DNA of 64,000 bases from an uncultured virus (IMG/VR IMGVR_UViG_3300037508_001334) (taxonomy: Duplodnaviria > Heunggongvirae > Uroviricota > Caudoviricetes): IMG/VR virus record IMGVR_UViG_3300037508_001334. One strand, 5' to 3'. Made by a program: the position numbers and the translations under genes. Each line of letters starts with the position of its first letter. Within the stretch, counting starts at the first letter, position 1. Positions 60,554-64,000 of the stretch are shown here, piece by piece. The notes beneath the pieces were generated by a model. That model searched no databases. It saw only the letters and a list, made by a program, of their open reading frames with translations, and was not told the origin of the DNA.

Positions 60554-60739
60554 ATGAAATCCAAATTCCCACTCGAACACGTAGTTAAGTATGATACCAA
60601 AGAAGTTTGGGTAAAATGTGATAGTGTTATTACTGCAATGGGTATTTCTGCTATGGTAGAAAAATATTATCCTGGATATAAAGGACATATTGGCAGCACT
60701 GAGTATCTTGAGAAACTCGGGAACCAATTGGCAAACTGA
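60554..60739 (+). CDS. Hypothetical protein (61 aa)
   Basis: ATG at 60554 right after the upstream stop; 3' part of ORF 60503..60739. Confidence 0.65.
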   Translation: MKSKFPLEHVVKYDTKEVWVKCDSVITAMGISAMVEKYYPGYKGHIGSTEYLEKLGNQLAN

Positions 60740-60778
60740 CCACGGGGGGTCTTGGTGACCCCTTTTTTGTTTTATAAT
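60724..60778 (+). promoter_or_regulatory. Putative early promoter with upstream motif and terminator-like hairpin
   Basis: CCAATT..AAACTGACCAC, GGGGTC-TTGGT-GACCCC plus T tract, -10 TATAAT at 60773. Confidence 0.65.
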
Positions 60779-60806
60779 GACTTCAGTTGAAACAAACAAC
60801 CTGATT

Positions 60807-61940
60807 ATGCCTCGCACTCAAATGACCGACGATCAAATCCTTAACGATCTTAAAAACACCTTTGGTACTGAGTTTATTGCTGCCGATGTTCGTGGGTATT
60901 GTGCTTCTAAAAATGTTTCGTATCAAACTGTAACGAAGCGTCTTGAACCATTTAAAGTTGGTCGTGGAAAGTGGAATCTTGAAGTCACTCAACAAAAAGT
61001 TGAAGAAATCGAACGTACTTTTCAAGCTCCTGCTGTGATTCCTGCTGTAGAACAAACACTCATTCCTGAAAAAGATGATACCTTTGTCAAGTTTGGTAAC
61101 TTTAATGATATTAAAAAGATTATTCAGTCCCGTCTTTTTTATCCTACGTTCATTACGGGTCTTTCGGGTAATGGTAAAACGTTCAGTGTTGAGCAAGCGT
61201 GTGCTCAACTTAATCGTGAATTGATTCGTGTTAATATTACGATTGAGACTGACGAGGATGACCTGATTGGTGGTTTCCGCCTTGTGAATGGTGAAACTGC
61301 TTGGCATAACGGTCCAGTTATTGAATCCCTTGAGCGTGGTGCAATTTTGCTGTTGGATGAAATTGACCTTGCTTCTAACAAGATTCTGTGTCTGCAATCT
61401 GTTTTGGAAGGTAAAGGTGTCTTCCTAAAGAAGATCGGTCGTTTTGTAAAACCTGCTGCTGGTTTTAACGTTATTGCTACTGCAAACACCAAAGGTAAGG
61501 GTTCGGACGACGGTCGTTTTATTGGCACCAATGTGCTCAACGAAGCATTCCTTGAAAGGTTTCCCGTAACCTTTGAACAATCCTATCCTGCTCCTTCTGT
61601 TGAACAAAAAATTCTTGAAGGTATTGCTCTGGATCTTGGTGTGGAAGACCGTGACTTCTGCAAGCGGTTGGTTGATTGGGCAGATATCATCCGCAAAACC
61701 TTCTACGATGGTGGTATTGAGGAAATCATCAGCACCCGTCGTCTGGTCCATATCATCCGTGCATACAGCATCTTTCAAGATAAGGCAAAGGCAATCCAAG
61801 TGTGTGTGAACCGTTTTGATGAAGAAACCAAGCAAGCATTTCTTGAACTCTATGATAAAGTAGATGCTGACTTCCAAATGCCCACAGATTCCACAGAAGC
61901 AAAAGTTGCAGAAGCATTTGCATCTGACGAAGTATTCTGA
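60807..61940 (+). CDS. cobS: MoxR-type AAA+ ATPase ('CobS-like')
   Basis: GLSGNGKT (Walker A), LLLDEID (Walker B), ATANTKGKG, NEAFLERF, ISTRRL; start moved downstream of the promoter. Confidence 0.9.
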   Translation: MPRTQMTDDQILNDLKNTFGTEFIAADVRGYCASKNVSYQTVTKRLEPFKVGRGKWNLEVTQQKVEEIERTFQAPAVIPAVEQTLIPEKDDTFVKFGNFNDIKKIIQSRLFYPTFITGLSGNGKTFSVEQACAQLNRELIRVNITIETDEDDLIGGFRLVNGETAWHNGPVIESLERGAILLLDEIDLASNKILCLQSVLEGKGVFLKKIGRFVKPAAGFNVIATANTKGKGSDDGRFIGTNVLNEAFLERFPVTFEQSYPAPSVEQKILEGIALDLGVEDRDFCKRLVDWADIIRKTFYDGGIEEIISTRRLVHIIRAYSIFQDKAKAIQVCVNRFDEETKQAFLELYDKVDADFQMPTDSTEAKVAEAFASDEVF

Positions 61941-61946
61941 TAGAAT
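61918..61946 (+). promoter_or_regulatory. Sigma70-type promoter
   Basis: TTGCAT, 17 nt, TGn-extended TAGAAT (61941-61946). Confidence 0.55.
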
Positions 61947-61951
61947 ATACT

Positions 61952-61982
61952 GAGGTAAACGTGCCTCCTCTTTTTGTTTTTT
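61952..61982 (+). terminator. Hairpin plus T tract after cobS
   Basis: GAGGTA-AACG-TGCCTC then CTCTTTTTGTTTTTT. Confidence 0.45.
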
Positions 61983-61985
61983 ACT

Positions 61986-62498
61986 ATGAAATCTATGTCC
62001 GAAAATTTTGAAAGCACTTATGAAAGTACAATTCCCAATCAAGACTTTTGGGAAAATGATGGTATTAGTTTGACTGGAAATCCTTATTATTCGTCAGACA
62101 GTATTGTTTTTACGGGTTCTCATCTTCTTGGCGGTCTTGGAGAAGATCATATTTCATTTAATACTTCTCCTGCCCTTAGTGTTAAGGTATCAGATAACAA
62201 CTTTTGGAAATTTGGTGAAAATAAAACACTAAAGGCAGTCGAAGATTACATCAAGAGCACTTATAATTCTCACTATGCATCGGAGAATTCAAAAGTTCAA
62301 GTTCTTGATATTATTGATGCAATTGGTGATGGTGTTCCCTTTTGCCGAGATAATCTCATCAAATATTCTTCTCGTTTTGGTAAAAAAGACGGAATGTCTA
62401 AACTTGATGCATTAAAGATTATTCATTACGGAATTCTTCTTTATAACTTTGCTGGATTTAATAATGAAACTGCGAAATCAAACTATGAAACTTTCTGA
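61986..62498 (+). CDS. DUF3310-like protein
   Basis: YI.STY.SHY, FC.DN.IKY.SRFGKK.G...DALK.IHY C-terminal domain; start at 61986 or 61995. Confidence 0.7.
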   Translation: MKSMSENFESTYESTIPNQDFWENDGISLTGNPYYSSDSIVFTGSHLLGGLGEDHISFNTSPALSVKVSDNNFWKFGENKTLKAVEDYIKSTYNSHYASENSKVQVLDIIDAIGDGVPFCRDNLIKYSSRFGKKDGMSKLDALKIIHYGILLYNFAGFNNETAKSNYETF

Positions 62499-63150
62499 TA
62501 AGACTCTCTCTGTTCTAAAAAACTTCTCTTCAATTAATCAATCCATTCTTTTTAAACAGGGAAATAAACTTCGCACTATCAGTGTGATGAAGAATATTCT
62601 TGCAGAAGCAACAATTACAGAGGAGTTTTCTAAAGACTTTGGTATCTATGATTTGAACCAATTTCTTAACGGATTGAATCTGCATAAAACACCAGAACTT
62701 GATTTTGCTAATGATGGATATGTGGTCATCAAAGAAGGAAAGTCTCGTTCTAAGTATTTCTTTGCTGATCCTAACGTTATCATTACTCCTCCTGACAAAG
62801 CAATCAATCTTCCCAGTGAAGATGTTTGTTTTGAGTTGAGTACTGAGCAACTGGATAAACTTTTGAAAGCTGCTGCAGTTTATCAACTTCCAGATGTCTC
62901 TGCCGTTGGTGAAGCAGGTGTTGTGAAACTGGTTGTTCGTGACAAAAAGAACGACACATCAAACGACTTTTCGATTGTTGTTGGTGAAACGAATTCTGTG
63001 TTTGTCTTCAACTTCAAGGTAGAAAATATTAAGATTCTTCCTGGAACCTATGAAGTCGTTGTGTCGCAAAAACTTTTGTCACGATTCACTTCTAAGAACC
63101 ACGATCTCTGCTATTATATTGCTCTGGAACCTGATTCAACATTTGAATGA
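62485..63150 (+). CDS. gp45: Sliding clamp gp45
   Basis: MKLS..TL..LKNFSSINQSI, FGIYDLN.FL, YYIALE. Confidence 0.95.
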   Translation: MKLSDKTLSVLKNFSSINQSILFKQGNKLRTISVMKNILAEATITEEFSKDFGIYDLNQFLNGLNLHKTPELDFANDGYVVIKEGKSRSKYFFADPNVIITPPDKAINLPSEDVCFELSTEQLDKLLKAAAVYQLPDVSAVGEAGVVKLVVRDKKNDTSNDFSIVVGETNSVFVFNFKVENIKILPGTYEVVVSQKLLSRFTSKNHDLCYYIALEPDSTFE

Positions 63151-63656
63151 ATATTTTCGTCACAAATCAATTTCCTGCCGAAAGTGCTATCTGTCTTCCT
63201 GACAAACACATAGTTAAAATGCCACTTGAGTGTTGCCAGATGTTATCCATCGTAGCATCCAAGTGGTATCACAATTATGGCCCAGTTCACAAAGCAGATG
63301 GCAATCCGTATGCAACTGAAAAAGGTGCTTTTCGTAATCATCCTTGTACTCAGTGGGCAGCAAAAACAATCGACAATGCTTATTGGTTGATTAAGTGGGG
63401 AATGAATCTTTGTGATGAATATTCCGTCCGTTACGGTAAAACTCATTCGTGCTATAATACTCTTTTGGAGGCATACTATTTGTTTCCAAAAGGAAAATTA
63501 ACAAATGTAACTCCATTTGCTCGTGCTATGCCCGATGAATGGAAATATGACAATACTATTGATACCTTTGAGGCATATAAAAGATACATTGCATCCAAAT
63601 CTTGGGTAGCATCTAACTATCTTCGTATGCCAGAACGCAAACCTTCTTGGGTCTAA
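63147..63656 (+). CDS. Pyrimidine-dimer DNA glycosylase-like (DenV-like) protein
   Basis: MNIF...DKHIVKMPLE..QML, HPCT.W, LC.EY..RYGK.H, AMPDE.K. Confidence 0.72.
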   Translation: MNIFVTNQFPAESAICLPDKHIVKMPLECCQMLSIVASKWYHNYGPVHKADGNPYATEKGAFRNHPCTQWAAKTIDNAYWLIKWGMNLCDEYSVRYGKTHSCYNTLLEAYYLFPKGKLTNVTPFARAMPDEWKYDNTIDTFEAYKRYIASKSWVASNYLRMPERKPSWV

Positions 63657-63659
63657 ATT

Positions 63660-64000
63660 ATGGCAAGTGATTTTCTTTTTGTGGAAAAATATCGTCCTCA
63701 AGTGATTGATGATTGTATTCTTCCCGATGAAACTAAAAAAACATTTAAGGAGTTCGTTGAGAAAGGAGAGATCCCAAATCTTCTTCTTGCTGGACCTCCT
63801 GGTATTGGTAAAACAACTATTGCAAAGGCACTATGTAATGAACTGGGGGCAGATTTTTATGTCATCAATGGATCCGACGAAGGACGTTTCTTGGATACTG
63901 TACGGAACCAGGCAAAAAACTTTGCTTCGACCGTTTCACTTACGGGATCTTCTAAACACAAAGTCATCATCATCGATGAGGCTGATAACACGGGGAACGA
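63660..64000 (+). CDS. gp44: Clamp loader large subunit gp44 (truncated by window end; not in ORF track)
   Basis: FVEKYRPQVIDDCILP, GPPGIGKTT, INGSDEG, VIIIDEAD. Confidence 0.95.
   Translation, partial: MASDFLFVEKYRPQVIDDCILPDETKKTFKEFVEKGEIPNLLLAGPPGIGKTTIAKALCNELGADFYVINGSDEGRFLDTVRNQAKNFASTVSLTGSSKHKVIIIDEADNTGN

Noticed and set aside
60783..62042. Two minus-strand ORFs of about 205 aa
   Set aside because: Antisense shadows of cobS with no motifs or RBS; the same applies to the other minus-strand ORFs in the track
63680..63688. Second TGTGGAAAA DnaA-type box
   Set aside because: Lies in the conserved FVEKY codons of gp44 and is explained by coding
1..64000. Stop-codon reassignment or tRNA genes
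   Set aside because: Core genes are full length under code 11 and end in TAA, TGA or TAG; intergenic gaps are short and show no cloverleaf

Overview
The window is a contiguous, entirely plus-strand segment of a T4-like cyanomyovirus genome (Kyanoviridae-like; a picocyanobacterial host is inferred from gene content). After a short non-coding stretch and several small genes it carries the baseplate/fibre block (gp25, gp6, a 4047-aa gp7-like protein, a gp9-like fibre cassette, gp8, a 2491-aa virion protein). Neck, tail, packaging and head genes follow (gp13-gp23, gp3), then uvsY, uvsW, gp55, an Endonuclease VII-type homing endonuclease, gp47, gp46, a HEXXH-vWA / MoxR ('CobT/CobS') pair, gp45, a DenV-like gene and the start of gp44. 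Late promoters (N-A/C-TAAATA), sigma70-type promoters and terminators are readable. I saw no tRNA, intron, intein or CRISPR. The most interesting candidate system is a set of putative capsid-packaged, protease-matured cargo proteins. One is a 630-aa protein between gp16 and gp17 made of basic, Cys-paired modules separated by gp21-type (hydrophobic-X-E) sites. The others are an unannotated 44-aa ORF and a 170-aa ORF, both starting with T4 internal-protein-like capsid targeting sequences. Other leads are an unannotated NblA-like ORF, a twice-occurring hairpin-containing early promoter architecture, a bidirectional promoter at gp55, and a possible origin/regulatory region at the window start. All family assignments come from motif recognition and synteny by eye; no searches were run.
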